The notes beneath the pieces are model-generated. The model did not search any database, was not told the origin of the DNA, and saw only the letters and a program-made list of their open reading frames with translations. From NCBI GenBank assembly GCA_008632985.1, contig QPGO01000001.1, forward strand, positions 186,001-239,118: a DNA stretch of 53,118 nucleotides, given 5' to 3'. This stretch comes from Psammoneis japonica. Lineage: Eukaryota. A program made the translations under genes and the position numbers. How positions within the stretch are numbered: the stretch's first letter is position 1; each line of letters starts with the position of its first letter. Shown in pieces: positions 1-12,669 of the stretch.

Positions 1-1289
1 CGGGAAGAAGGCGCTCCACCTGGTTGATTTTTTCTTTGACATCATTCCCATCATTGGCAAAGCTGAGGGGCTTGTCAAGGCCCTTGTTGGCCACATGCTG
101 ATTGCTGGAAGAGAGCTTGATGCTTCAGAATGTGCGCTCAATGTGCTCTGTGTCCTCTCCATTGTGGCAAAATGCCAAAAGTTAATTTGCCAGGCTGACA
201 GAGTCATGGAGAAAAATGAGCATCTCAAGGCACTCAGAGAAGAGGTTCCCATCCTGAAGGGATGCCTTGCTCTGGTCAGCTGAGCAGAGACAGCCAAACG
301 TCAGGGCTGCAGGTTTGTGCTCAAAATGACACAGCTTGAAATTAAGAAAAACAGAGCTCTGTGTTGTTGAGGACAGACTCAAGGGCTTTGGACCACATTC
401 CCACAGAGGGCAGAGTGGAGCGGATGTCATTTGTTGGAATGGTGATGTGTTGCAGCACAAGTCTCTTGCAGCTCATTGTGTGATCTCGAGAGAGCCATCA
501 ACAAGAAACCAGCTGCAAGCAGCATTGGTTAATGTCTGCATTCCGAAGCAGTGGACAAGAACATTGGCTTCCTTTTTGCATGGATTGTTGATGGGGATCA
601 GCTTTTTAAAGGTTCCAAATGAGTGAAAAAAACACCTGCTCAGAAGGAAATCAAGGATTTTTGCTCAAAACTCACCCAAGAGCTTGGTCAACTGCACAAG
701 AACTTGACCACACCAAAGGGCAAAAAAAGGTCTCATTGTGAAGGTTGAACCACACTTTGATTGAGTTGCTGGGGTGATGGTTGGTGCAGAGATGCAGGAT
801 CCACATTGTTTGTGGTTGTGCAAATGTTGCATTTCATGGAGCGCTTGGCTGTTCTGATCATGACTGCAAATGCTGCCCTTCTTTCCAGAGCTGATGAGCC
901 CTCCTTTGGAATCTCAAAGGCTCTCTGAGACAGACAACATTCCCTCCAATTTCTTGTGCAGATGTGTGCTTGCATGCATTGCTCAAATTGAGCTGGCTCT
1001 CTCTAGAGAGTGTTGCGCGTCTTGCAACAAAACAGAAACCAAAAAGCAACAAGAACGGAAGGTGAATTGAGGCAAAGTGTTCTTTTCCTTGTTGCCTTTG
1101 TGGGACATGTCAACTTTGTGGTGTGTTGCCAATGGCACACTTTCATGGCCTGTGGCATGCCAGATGAAACACTGCCACAACAAAACCAGCACTCCCAAAA
1201 AAGCACAGCTGCGCATTTTACAACCACTCAGTTTGGCGACAATCCATGTGTCAGTGAAGTGGTTCTCGGATGCCAACAAGGACTCTCTG

Positions 1290-1900
1290 CTGTCAGAGCA
1301 TCCTTGTCATCCACCAACCCTTTGGCAATGCTTTTGTGCTGTTCAGCAAAAAAGCATTGTGCAGGGTGACCCACTTGGCATGGTGGCTCATGGACTGGGC
1401 CTTCTCCTGCTGGTGGTCCAAGAGCTGAATGAATGTTTTCAACAGGCTTTCACCCCATGGCATGCTGATGACACCACTGCAGCAAAAAAAGCTGACATCT
1501 CACAGGATTTTTTCTTGACTCTCAAAGATGAAGGCCCCAAGCATGGATGCTGCACTGCTGACAACTCCAAGAATGTCCTGGCAGTCCCAGGGTGCGACTT
1601 GGAAATGCCAGAGCATGCTTTGGAGACCTTGGCTTCACTGTCTGCCAAGGTGGCCACCACCTTGGAGGCTTTGTTGGAGAGACAGATGCACTCGATCTTT
1701 GGTTGATGGAAAAAGCCAATTCATGGACCTCGGTCATTGAAGGACTCACAAAAATTGTGATCAATCACCCACAGACTGCCTGTGCCAGTCTCCAAAAGTC
1801 CCCACAACACCAGTGGCAGCATGTCCAACATGTGGCAAAGGATTGTGATGAATCTTTCATGGAGGCAGAGCATGTGATCCAACACCAATTGGCAAGACCT
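1290..1900 (+). mobile_element. Degenerate non-LTR retrotransposon reverse-transcriptase fragment (copy 1)
   Basis: Translates to VQGDPLGMVAHGLGLL...PWHADD...EGPKHGC, then FGDLGFTVCQGGHHLGGFVG...PQTACASLQKS. These are the QGDPL and YADD RT motifs with Tyr replaced by His/Cys. Frameshifted. Confidence 0.8.
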
Positions 1901-2150
1901 TGGCTGATGACAACCCAAGACTGTCCCTGTCTGCCCTCCCAATCAAATTTGCAGGACCATCCATCCCTCATCCAATGGAGTCCACATCCCAAAAACCACA
2001 AAGTGAGCACTCTTGCATGCTCCCACATGATGGACTCACTTCGAGAAAACTACACCATGGCATAATGCATGCGATGTACGGTCTACAAATGAAAGGTGCT
2101 ACAAACACACAGTGTGACTGATGCAAGAGAATGTAACACAAAATGCATGT

Positions 2151-4171
2151 CTAACTGTCACTTATTGTGAAAGCGTGCGCGGATCCGGACTCCAAACCAT
2201 TGACGTCAGCCCCCCGTGCACCAACTCCAACGACGCTTCCATTTGCCGACAAGGACACGGACCATCCATATTCATCACCTATAGCCTTGTCATTTAAAGG
2301 ATCTCCAACTTGCTTCCATTCGTCTGCATTGCTGTCGTGCTGAAAGATTCGAACCTGACCCGCAAAGACCAACCCATTGACGTCATGCCAACGACTTCCG
2401 ACCGCCAAGACATTCCCATTGCCACTCAACGACACTGAGTAACCAAAATCATCACCAGGCTGTTGTGTCAAGAGAGTTTGGCCACGTTGATTCCATGTCA
2501 AAGTTGAGCGGTCGTACGAATAAACCAAAACTCTCTCGTCGCTTCCAGGTGCACCTGCGGCAACGATCAAGCCACTGTCGTCAAGAGAAACCGACAATCC
2601 AAACTCACCATTAACGACTTGTCCATTGATTGGATCGCCCAACAGATCCCATTTTGACAAGGCAGAATTGTATTCAAACACCGACACTTGACCTGCATTG
2701 CTTCCACCCGAATCATGACCATCTGCTAAAAACGCCGACAATGGTTCCCTGCGCATTCAAGGAAACGGAAGTGCCAAAACGATCATTAGCAGCTTGGCCA
2801 ATGAGTGTTTGTCCGAGTTGGTTCCAGGATGAGGAGCCGCGGTCGTATTGAAACAATCGAACCGATCCAGAATCAGCTCCATTTTCCGTGTCATCACCGT
2901 AAGCTCCCACGGCAAGAATGTCTCCCGCGTCCGAGAGCGACACGGAATCACCAAATAAATCACCAGCGTCTTGTCCAAGAATGTCACTGCCGAGTTGAAC
3001 CCAACTATCCGATGCCGAGTTGTATTCAAACACACGAACGTGACCGGCATTCAATCCGCCACTGTCATTTTCATCCGCTCCAACCGCAAGAATTGTGCCG
3101 TCGCCATTTAACGAAACAGACTCGCCAAATTCGTCACCGCCGGCTTGTCCAATCAATTCTTGGCCAATTTGTGTCCATTGTTGGGTACTTCGATTGTATC
3201 GTTGCACAACAACATAGCCGGGATTGGAAGAAGAAAAGGTCCATTGATCCGCTCCAATTGCCATGACACTGCCATCACGAGACAAGGAAATAGAATTGCC
3301 AAACTTATCATATTCATCTTTGCCGTGTAAGGCTTGACCGACGGGCTGCCAATCGGCGGGAATAACGTTCATTTGAGCTGTAGTTGGAGATTGAGTGGGA
3401 AATAATGTAGGTGGTGTAGTTGTCGTTGGCGCTCCATCCTTGTTCTTTCTGTGGTTACTCGTAGACACAGCAACTGGGGCAGCAACTGCTATTGAAACAA
3501 CCACCAGGGCAACAACTCCAAGTGTAATAATGACGCGTTTGCCACGTCGTTTTCTATCACTGCCATTCTCAGAACCGTCACCATCACTCGCTCGAGCACG
3601 CTCAACTTGTGCAAGAGGCGCAAATCGATCATTCTTTTCTCTTGCCCATATGCCACCTTCTTCGATTTCATTGACTGTTGTAATGTTGTGCTTGCCTCGT
3701 CCACGAAGTACCTCGCCTTCCTCGTCGATAGCAAAGGCCCCAGGAGCCATATCGGGTATACGTCGCAGATCTAAATCGTCGTCTTCTTCTTCCATGTCTA
3801 CACCTCCCTCATAATCGAACATCCCCTCAACTTCGTTAAGATTACAATGATTCACCCGACTGTTCTGATTCTCATGCCGATTCTCATTATTTTCCTTCTT
3901 TGAAGCTGGTGGTTCTACATCACCGTCTTGCTCTTGCCTAGCTTTTTTGTCGCATTTCTGCTTTATGCCTCAACTCATTTTGATGAATGATTCGCTTTTG
4001 ACGTCTCTCACTAGCGGCTTCATCCGCCTCGTTTGCCTCTTGTCTCAAAAATTCTTCTTGAACCAAGTCTTGAGATGCTTCAATTTCCCGTTTCTCCTCT
4101 CCGTCTTCTCTCATGCTGTCAGTACTATCATACCGCTTAGTCGGTGAGTCCTCGCTAGTAGAAGGAGTCAT
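2151..4171 (-). CDS. FG-GAP (integrin-alpha-like) repeat beta-propeller single-pass membrane protein, copy 1; two +1 homopolymer frameshifts (~2728, ~3945)
   Basis: ORFs 3938..4204, 2713..3855 and 2151..2756 join into a paralog of 8222..10279. Repeated FGxSVSLSxDGxxLAVGA motifs and a TM segment VIITLGVVALVVVSIAVAAPV. Removing one base from each homopolymer run restores the frame. Confidence 0.85.
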
Positions 4172-4509
4172 GGATGCTTTTGATTGTGAAATAACAAATA
4201 ACAAAGTCTGTCGAATCTATGAATGACAACAACTATCGCGTACGAAGCAGGTATGCGCAGGACCAAATGTCTTGAAATCGAGAACCCTTGTCAGCATGCT
4301 CATCATCAGACATCAGGGCAGTTAAGTGACACGAGGGTTCGCATCTTCCCATGGTGCACCAAAGGTGTCACTGACAATCATCACATGTTATTCGTCACGT
4401 CGATTGCTTTGCATCGAACGTTCCGTGTCGCGGCGCTGCAACGAAATGGCCTTTTTGTTGTCTCATTGTGATGCTCGTTGGGTCAGGGTCGGTCAGCGTT
4501 GATTATGGT

Positions 4510-5230
4510 GGGCGGGGGGCGGCGTGCCGGTTCACGCGCGACACCTGCCACGCAGCCGACGAACGCTGCGCTTTTTCTTTTTTTTTTCGCCTTTTTTTTT
4601 TCACACCAGCACACCATGGGAAAATGGTTCCCAATCTCACAGTGGACAATCACTCACTTTTCACTGTGCCCCACTTTTGCGAGCTTGGCCAAAGTCAGAT
4701 GTCCCAGATGGGAGTGGGCCACAGTGATCTCAAGCTGAAGTTGGCCACAGCCACAAAAACAGAACAGGGTGCATCAGCTCTGCCTTGCTTTGATGCACTG
4801 CACCCCACTCTGCACAGCACAACCAAGCTGCTGCATCACCAAGAGAAACAAAGTGTCCCAAGCAACCACAACCATCTTGAGAGTGATGAGCTGCAATTGC
4901 ATGGACAAAAATGATTTGCCCAACTGTTTTGGGTCTCTCACACCACCAGCTCTTGTGATTTTTCTTCTTCAAAGCTGGCGGTCCTGCACCACTGGTGTCT
5001 TTCTGCAAAAGTTGCTGCTCTCATCACAGTTGTGCATGTGCCATCAACTCCTCTTGATGAGAGATGATGCATTGTTCCCACCTGTCCTTGTTGTTGCTGT
5101 CACAGTTGCCATGCATCAAAGTGTTTCCCCTTTTCTTCTTTGGTGCAATTGCGCTTGTTGTTGCCATTGTTCATTGCTGTTGTTCCATGCTTCTTTTTGC
5201 TTCAAACACTTTTGGCAGCACATGTGAGGA
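4510..5230. repeat. TpA/CpG-depleted island of unknown origin (insertion in duplication unit 1)
   Basis: Almost no TA dinucleotides, TG/CA-rich, and absent from the equivalent position in unit 2. Confidence 0.5.
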
Positions 5231-5816
5231 CACAAGACTGAAAACACATGCACGCACCTGCATGATGTCCCCCAAGTGCAGCTGAAACACGAGGACCACA
5301 CCCCATGACTTGAGCGGGCAGGAGGTCTTCCAATTTGAGGGGTGTGGAGGAGCCCGCTTTCCCGGGTCATTGAGAAGGATCTCAGTCGCAGAGGTGCGAT
5401 CGAAATTGTTCCACCATTTTGTGGCTCCCTCTTTAGAATTGTGTCATTGGAACTCATTCTCTTGGACATGCTGTTTTTTTTTTTTTCAATTGAAGTGTTG
5501 CCCATGTGCATTGCGCCCGTCATTGAGGAGGATCTCAGTCACGGTTTCAATCCGAATTATCCCGCCATTTCGTAGCTTCCTCTCTAGAATTATGATGTTG
5601 GAACTAATTGTCTTGGACACGATGTTGTTTCCAAAAAGGTTTTCCTCAGAAAGAGAGAATGACAGTGGCTGGCATTCTGTGGCTGCACGGCAAGATTTTA
5701 AAAAACAATTTGAAAACATGGTGCGGTGGCCTTGGTTGAACCACATTCATTAACTTCCCCACTCACTCAAATCACAAACATGCACACACAAAATACAATG
5801 TTGTTTCACTCTCTTC

Positions 5817-6198
5817 TCAACATGCAATGTTTCCCTTTTTTGTTTCACACCACTCATTGACAAAACAACAAACAAGAAAGTACGATGCCGAAATGCTGAA
5901 ATCACACCAAACATGTCCACCAATGTCCTTCATGTCGGCACATTTGAGTGCCAGCAACCATCCCACACAAGTCGTCAAGATGGAACTGCCCCACACGGAC
6001 ACCGAATGGGCACACGGATTGGCCCGTTTGGCAGCCTTGTCCCACACAAACAATTGACAAATGGCCGATGCGAGATGCGCCAACGTGAAGACAATGGCAA
6101 AGGAATGTTGAATGGAACTCACACCCAACATTTCCACCGCCACCCATGCGGCAATGCCGGAAAACAACATGGAAAAGATCCAATTGTTGGCAGCCGGT
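5817..6198 (-). pseudogene. Truncated duplicate of the 3' end of the membrane-protein gene at 10815-12432, TpA-hypermutated
   Basis: Reads ...AHLASAICQLFVWDKAAKRANPCAHSV...GGHVWCDFSISASYFLVCCFVNEWCETKKGNIAC versus the source ...AYLVSAIYQLFVWDKATKRANPYAYSV...GGHVWYDFSISASYFLIYYFVNERYETKKGNIAY. Confidence 0.92.
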
Positions 6199-7369
6199 GC
6201 TGGAAGAGAGCTTGATGCTTCAGAATGTGCACTCAACATGCGCTGTGTCCTCTCCATTGTGGCAAAATGCAGAAAGTTGGTTCGCCAGGCTGACAGAGTC
6301 ATGGAGAAAAATGAGCATCTCAAGGCACTCAGAGACAAGGTTCCCATCCTGAAGGGATGCTTTGCTCTGGTCTGCCAAGCAGAGACAGCCAAAAATGCTG
6401 AACAATGTCAGGGCTGCAGGTTTGCACTCAAAATGACACAGCTTGAAATTAAGAAGAATGGAGCTCTCAGTGTCATTGAGGAAAGACTCAAGGGCTTTGG
6501 ACCACATTCCCACAGAGGGCAGAGCAGAGCGGATGCCATTTGTTGGAATGGTGATGTGTTGCAGCACAAGTCTTGCAGCTCATTGTGTGATCTCAAGAGA
6601 GCCATCAAGAAACCAGCTGCAAGCAACATTGGCCGGTGTCTGCATTTGGAAGCAGCAGACAAGAACATCAGCTTCCTTTTTGCATGGGTTGTTGATGGAG
6701 ATCAGCTTTTGAAAGGTTCCAAATCAGTGAAAAAACCACCTGCCCAGAAGGAAATCAAGGACAAATGCTCAAAACTCACCCAAGAGCTTGGTCAACTGCG
6801 CAAGAATTTGACCACACCAAAGGGCACAAAGGTCATTGTGAAGGTTGAACCACACTTTGATTGAGTTGCTGGGGCAATGGTTGTTGCAGAGATGCAGGAT
6901 CCACATTGTTTGTGGTTGTGAAAAAGCAGCATTTTGTGGAGCTCACTTGGCTCTGTTCTGATTACAACTGCAGATGCTGTCCTTCTTTCCAGAGCTGATG
7001 AGCCCTCCTTTGGAATCTCAAAGGCTTTCTGAGACAGATGACATTCCCTCCAAAATTTCTTGTGCAGATGTGTGCTTGCATTCACTGCTCAAATTGAGCT
7101 GGCTCTCTCCAGAGAGTGTTGCATTTCTTGCAAGAAAATAGAAACAAAAATCTGACAGGAATGGAAGGTGAATTGAGGCAAACTGTTCTTTTCCTTGCCT
7201 TTGTGGGAGTTGCAAATGACACACTTTCATGACCTGTGGCATGCCAGATGAAACACTGCCACAACAAAACCAGCACTCCTGAAAGAGCACAGCTGTGCAT
7301 TTTACAACCACTCAGTTTGGCATCAATCCATGTGTTGGTGAAGTGTTTTCTCCGATGCTGACAAGGACT

Positions 7370-7970
7370 CTCTGCCATTGGAGCATCCTTGTCATCCACC
7401 AACACTTTGGCAATGCCTTTGTGCTGTTCAGCAAAAAAGGCATCATGCAGGGTGACCCACTTGGCATGGCAGCTCATGGACTGGGCCTTCTCCCACTGGC
7501 CCAAGAGCTGAAGGAATGTTTTCAAGAGGCTTTCACCCTGTGGCATGCTGATGACTCTCCACTGAAGCAGAAAAAGCCAACACCCCACAGGATTTTTTCT
7601 TGACTCTCAAAGATGAAGGCCCCAAGCATGGATGCTGCACTGCTGACAACTCCAGTCCCAGGGTGCAACACTTGGAAATGCCAGAGCATGCTTTGGAGAC
7701 CTTGGCTTCACTGTCTGCCAAGGTGGCCACACCACCTTGGAGGCTTTGTTGGAGAGACAGATTCATGTGACCATTGGTTGATGGTAAAAGCCAAGTCATG
7801 GACCTCGGTCATTCAAGGACTCACAAAAATTGTGATTCGTCATCACCCACAGACTGCCTGCGCCAATCTCCAAAAGTCCCCACAACACCAGTGGCAGCAT
7901 GTCCAACATGTGGCAAAGGATTGTGATGAATCTTTCATGGAAGCAGAGCATGTGATCCAGCACCAATTGG
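7370..7970 (+). mobile_element. Degenerate non-LTR retrotransposon RT fragment (copy 2)
   Basis: SKKGIMQGDPLGMAAHGLGLLPLAQELKECFQEAFTLWHADD; duplicate of 1290-1900. Confidence 0.8.
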
Positions 7971-8221
7971 CAAGACCTTGGCTGATGACAACCCAAGACT
8001 GGCCCTGTCTGCCCTCCCAATCAAATTTGTAGGACCATCCATCCCTCATCCAATGGAGTCCACATCCCAAAACCACAAAGTGATTACATGCTCCCACATG
8101 ATGGACTCACTTCATGAAAACTACACCATGACATAATGCACGCGATGTACGGTCTACAAATGAAAGGTACTACAAAAACACAGTGTGACTGATGCAAGAG
8201 AATGTAACACAAAATGCATGT

Positions 8222-10279
8222 CTAATTGACATTTACTGTGAATGCGTGCGCGGATCCGGACTCCAAACCATTGACGTCAGCCCCCCGTGCACCAACTCCA
8301 ACAACGCTTCCATTTGCCGACAAGGACACGGACCATCCATATTCATCACCAATAGCCTTGCCATTTAAAGGATCTCCAACTTGCTTCCATTCGTCTGCAT
8401 TGCTGTCGTGCTGAAAGATCCGAACTTGACCCGCAAAGACCAACCCATTGACGTCATGCCATCGACTTCCGACCGCCAAGACATTCCCATTGCCACTCAA
8501 CGACACTGACCATCCAAACGAATCACCATCCTGTTGCGTCAAGAGAGTTTGGCCATGTTGATTCCATGTCAAAGTCGAGCGGTCGTACGAATAAACCAAA
8601 ACTCTCTCGTCGCTTCCAGGTGCACCCGCGGCAACGATCAAGCCGCTGTCGTCAAGAGAAACTGAACGTCCAAAACTACCAATTAAGACTTGTCCAGTGA
8701 TTGGACTGCCCAGCAAATCCCATCTTGACGGCGTAGAATAGTATTCGTACACCAACACTTGACCCGCATCGATTCCACCCGAATCATTCTCTTCTGCTCC
8801 AACGCCAACAATGGTTCCCTGCGCATTCAAAGAAACGGAAACACCAAAGGAATCAACAGGAGCTTGGCCAATAAGTGTTTGTCCGAGTTGGTTCCAGGAT
8901 GAGGAGCCACGGTTGTATCGAAACAATCGAACCGATCCAAAATCGAAGCCATTTTCCGTGTCATCCCCAGGAGCTCCCACGGCAAGAATATCGCCCGCCT
9001 CCGAGAGCGACACGGAAACACCAAATAAATCACCAGCTTTTTGTCCAAGAACATCGCTGCCGAGTTGGACCCAACGATCCGATGCCGAGTTGTATTCAAA
9101 CACACGAACGTGACCGGCATTCGTTCCGCCACTGTCATTTGCGTCAGCTCCAACCGCAAGAATTGTGCCGTCGCCATTTAACGAAACAGAATTGCCAAAA
9201 CTGTCGCCGCCCGCATGTCCAATCAATTCTTGGCCAATTTGTTCCCATTGTTGGATGCTTGGATTGTATCGTTGCACAACAACATAGCCGGGAGTGGAAG
9301 AAGAAGAGGACCATTGATACGCTCCAATGGCCATGACACTACCATCACGAGACAAGGAGACGGAATGGCCAAAATAATCAGCTGTAGCTTTGCCGTGCAT
9401 AACTTGCCCGACGGGCTGCCACTCAGCAGGAATAACGGTTACTTGAGCAGCAGTTGGAGATTGAGTGGGAGATAATGTAGGTGATGCTCTTGTCGTTGGC
9501 AATTCATTCTCATTCTTTTTGTTGTTACTCGTCAATAAAGCAACTGGGACAGCAACTGCTATCGAAACAACCACCAGGGCAACAACTGAAAGTGCTATAA
9601 TGAATCGTTTGCCACGTCGTCTTCTATCCTTGTCACCCTCAGAACCGTCACTACCCGCTTGGGCGCGCTCCACCGGTGCAAGAGGCGCAAATCGATCATT
9701 CTTTTCTCTCGCATATAGACCCCCTTCTTCGATTTCATTGACTGTTGTAATGTTGTGTTTGCCTCGTCCACGAAGTACCTCCCCTTCCTCGTCGATGGCA
9801 AAGGCCCCCGGAGCGATGTCGGGTATGCGTCGCAGATCTAGCTCATCTTCTTCATTGTCTACGCCTCCCTCATAATCGAACACCTCCTCTTCATCGCCAA
9901 GAGCACAATGACTTATCTGACTATGCTGGTTCTCGCGATGATTCTCATTATTTCCTCTCTTCTTTGATTTGTGAATCCTGCCACTGCGTCGGTTACTGTG
10001 ATTGTTTAAAGCTGATGGTGATTCTACCTGACCGTCTTCTTGCAAATGTTGTTGCTGCTCTCGTCGAAGTTTCGCATATGCCCTTAACTCATCTTGGTGA
10101 GAGATGCGTTTTTGTTCCCGCTTCCTGTTATTGTTGTGCTTGCTGTTAGAGTCGTCATGCGTCAAAGTGGAAGCGCCCCCCTTTTCTTTTTTCTTTTTGC
10201 TCTTGTTCGTTGCTTTCGTTTTGTGCTTCTTTTTGCTCGTCTCTTGTTTGGCAAGAGGTTTGTCAGAGTGATTCTCCAT
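8222..10279 (-). CDS. FG-GAP repeat beta-propeller single-pass membrane protein, copy 2 (intact 685-aa ORF)
   Basis: Charged N-terminus, PGAF motif, TM FIIALSVVALVVVSIAVAVPV, P/T-rich stalk, and six clear FG/YG-x-SVSL repeats. Confidence 0.9.
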   Translation of the reverse strand: MENHSDKPLAKQETSKKKHKTKATNKSKKKKEKGGASTLTHDDSNSKHNNNRKREQKRISHQDELRAYAKLRREQQQHLQEDGQVESPSALNNHSNRRSGRIHKSKKRGNNENHRENQHSQISHCALGDEEEVFDYEGGVDNEEDELDLRRIPDIAPGAFAIDEEGEVLRGRGKHNITTVNEIEEGGLYAREKNDRFAPLAPVERAQAGSDGSEGDKDRRRRGKRFIIALSVVALVVVSIAVAVPVALLTSNNKKNENELPTTRASPTLSPTQSPTAAQVTVIPAEWQPVGQVMHGKATADYFGHSVSLSRDGSVMAIGAYQWSSSSSTPGYVVVQRYNPSIQQWEQIGQELIGHAGGDSFGNSVSLNGDGTILAVGADANDSGGTNAGHVRVFEYNSASDRWVQLGSDVLGQKAGDLFGVSVSLSEAGDILAVGAPGDDTENGFDFGSVRLFRYNRGSSSWNQLGQTLIGQAPVDSFGVSVSLNAQGTIVGVGAEENDSGGIDAGQVLVYEYYSTPSRWDLLGSPITGQVLIGSFGRSVSLDDSGLIVAAGAPGSDERVLVYSYDRSTLTWNQHGQTLLTQQDGDSFGWSVSLSGNGNVLAVGSRWHDVNGLVFAGQVRIFQHDSNADEWKQVGDPLNGKAIGDEYGWSVSLSANGSVVGVGARGADVNGLESGSAHAFTVNVN

Positions 10280-10814
10280 GGTTGCTTAAAATCTGTTGTT
10301 GCATAAAGCGACATAGGAAGCAAACAGTATAATGCGGACACTTCGAATGGCACATGATGTATTGACTATTGACTGTGATGCGATGATGTATACTGTAAGA
10401 CTGTAAGGCTGAAGAAACGCGGATACACCCGCATGACGTCCCCCCTACATATAGATAGAAATGGACCCCGTTACCATCGCTACCACAACCTGTGTATGAG
10501 GCCTTCCGATTTAGGGGGTGGGAGGGAGCCCGCTTTCCCGGGTGCGATCCGAATTATTCCGCCATTTCGTCGCTTTCCTCCCTCTTTAGAATTATATCGT
10601 TGGAACTAATTGTCTTGGACATGATATGTTGTTTCCAAAGGTTTTGCTCACAAAGAGAGAATGACAGTGGCTGGCATTCTATCTACACGGCAAGATTTTA
10701 AAAAGCAATTTGAAAACATAATGCGGTAGCCTTGGTTGAACTATATTCATTAACTTCCCCACTCACTCAAATCACAATCACACACACAAAATACACTTTC
10801 GGCTTCCACTCTTC

Positions 10815-12432
10815 TTAATACGCAATGTTTCCCTTTTTCGTTTCATACCGTTCATTGACAAAATAATAAATAAGAAAGTACGATGCCGAAATGCTGAAAT
10901 CATACCAAACATGACCACCAATATCCTTCATATCGGTACATTTGAGTGCGAGTAACCATCCCACACAAGTCGTCAAGACGGAACTCCCCCACACGGAAAC
11001 CGAATAGGCATACGGATTGGCCCGTTTGGTGGCCTTGTCCCACACAAACAATTGATAAATGGCCGAAACGAGATAGGCCGAAGTAAAGACAATCGTAAAG
11101 GAATGTTGAATGGAACTGACACCCAACAATTCCACTGCACCCATGCGGTAATACCCGAAAATAGTATCGAAAAAATCCAATTGTTGGCGGCCGGTGGAAT
11201 ACCGGCTTCAAAAAAGACAAAGCATGTCAATCCAAACACGACATAATTGGTCAGAGTGGGTTGTGTAACGGGCGGAGCATCCGTCAGTAGTGCCAATAAA
11301 ATCCCCGCCAAACACGGTGCGACCCGTGCACGGAGTGTATTGGAATTCCGATTGGCCACCATGAGTCGTCGTTCTTCTTCGGGATTGATGCGTTTGCCTT
11401 CGAATTTATCGACAACATTTTGCAATTGTCGTACCGATCCCGAATTGACAAAGCGTGCCAAAAACAAGAGGAATGCAACGGAATTGCGCAAGACGTTATC
11501 GTTGGATACGGAAATACCCTTGCGTGTCAAATAACTCAATGCCCAATGAGCAATGCCATGTCCTGCGACACTGTACACTTTGATACTGGATAAAAAGAAA
11601 TCATCCAATCCCAATTTACCCAAATCACCCGTTTCACGCAATTTGAGAAGTGGCAGTGTAAACAACAAATCGGTATACAGCGACAACATGTGCGAATTGG
11701 TCTTTTCCTTTGTGGGATTGCTAATGCAAAATCCATCACAGACATAGCAGGGATCGAGTGTCCCAATATCCAATCCCGGTGGTACATCACACGGTCCCGG
11801 TGTACAGGGTCCTTGCAAATCAAAGGGTGTTCTCATTAACAGTAAAAAGGAAAGACAATCGTGACGTAATTGCCCAAATCACCCCATACAATATACTTGT
11901 CACGTTTGGGAATCACCACGGATTGAACATTGGTCTTGACATCTTCCAATGTTTCCGATACGGTTTTGCTTAAATCTTGTGTTTTGAATTTGTTCCAATT
12001 AAAACCACCACCATTGTTTGTAGTAGTAGAAGTAGTAGTTTGTCGTTTACGTTGATATTGAATCGAACTTCCGGTATCTTCTGTAACGTACTTGTTGGTT
12101 TCGGGTTTGTTATTGAACGTTGTATCACGACTACGACGATTCATGTTTTTGTTGTTGCGACGACCACCACTCGTAGTAGTTGTAGAAGAAAAACTTCCCG
12201 TATGAGTTCTGGGATTTTTATTTCGAGACTTGTTTTTGTTATTGTCATTATTACGTGCACCACCTCGTATTTCCGTAACACGCAATGATGCTGCTTGTCG
12301 GCGAGTAGATGACGTGTGGAGTGACGACGGTATGTTTGTCCAAGTAGTTGTACCGGCGGCGACACAAATCGGCAACAAGGCTACAAAGAATAACGCAAAG
12401 AGCTTATTCTTTATTCCCACTGCTTCTACCAT
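10815..12432 (-). CDS. Multi-pass membrane protein of unknown function (signal peptide; C-terminal GGHVWYD motif); two single-base frameshifts (~11845, ~11137)
   Basis: ORFs 11836..12432, 10973..11836 and 10815..11180 join. One extra T in the T-run gives VFPFLLLMRTP, and the duplicate at 5817-6198 supplies the base missing near 11137 (WVAVE). Confidence 0.75.
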
Positions 12433-12669
12433 GGTTGCTCACGTTATATGAATGATACGTAAGGGGATTGATAACAACAACACACAGCACTGTAACATCA
12501 ACAACAACGCGATGATGCCTTCAACAAGAAAAGATTTGGCGATTGATGGCCCATCATCGGCGGATAATGTGCGTACGTCATCGTTTCATTTCCAAAGCTA
12601 CATGTACGATTACATAAATACTTTAAAAAAAAATAATTGAAAAAGCACACACGCCGAAATGGCGCACCA

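Larger units (their letters stand above)
103..11196. repeat. Tandem segmental duplication: unit 1 ~103-6197, unit 2 ~6198-11196 (decayed LINE-containing block + FG-GAP gene + intergenic + 3' part of a membrane-protein gene)
   Basis: TGCTGGAAGAGAGCTTGATGCTTCAG occurs at 103 and 6198. 2040-2700 aligns with 8110-8770, and 5230-6198 aligns with 10400-11196. The junction CCGG-TG-CTGG shows 2-bp TG microhomology. About 4230-5230 is unique to unit 1. Confidence 0.9.

Noticed and set aside
5330..5620. Repeated CATTGAG(A/G)AGGATCTCAGTC as a CRISPR-like array
   Set aside because: It is only a two-copy ~150-bp local duplication in a eukaryotic context, with no spacers or cas genes.
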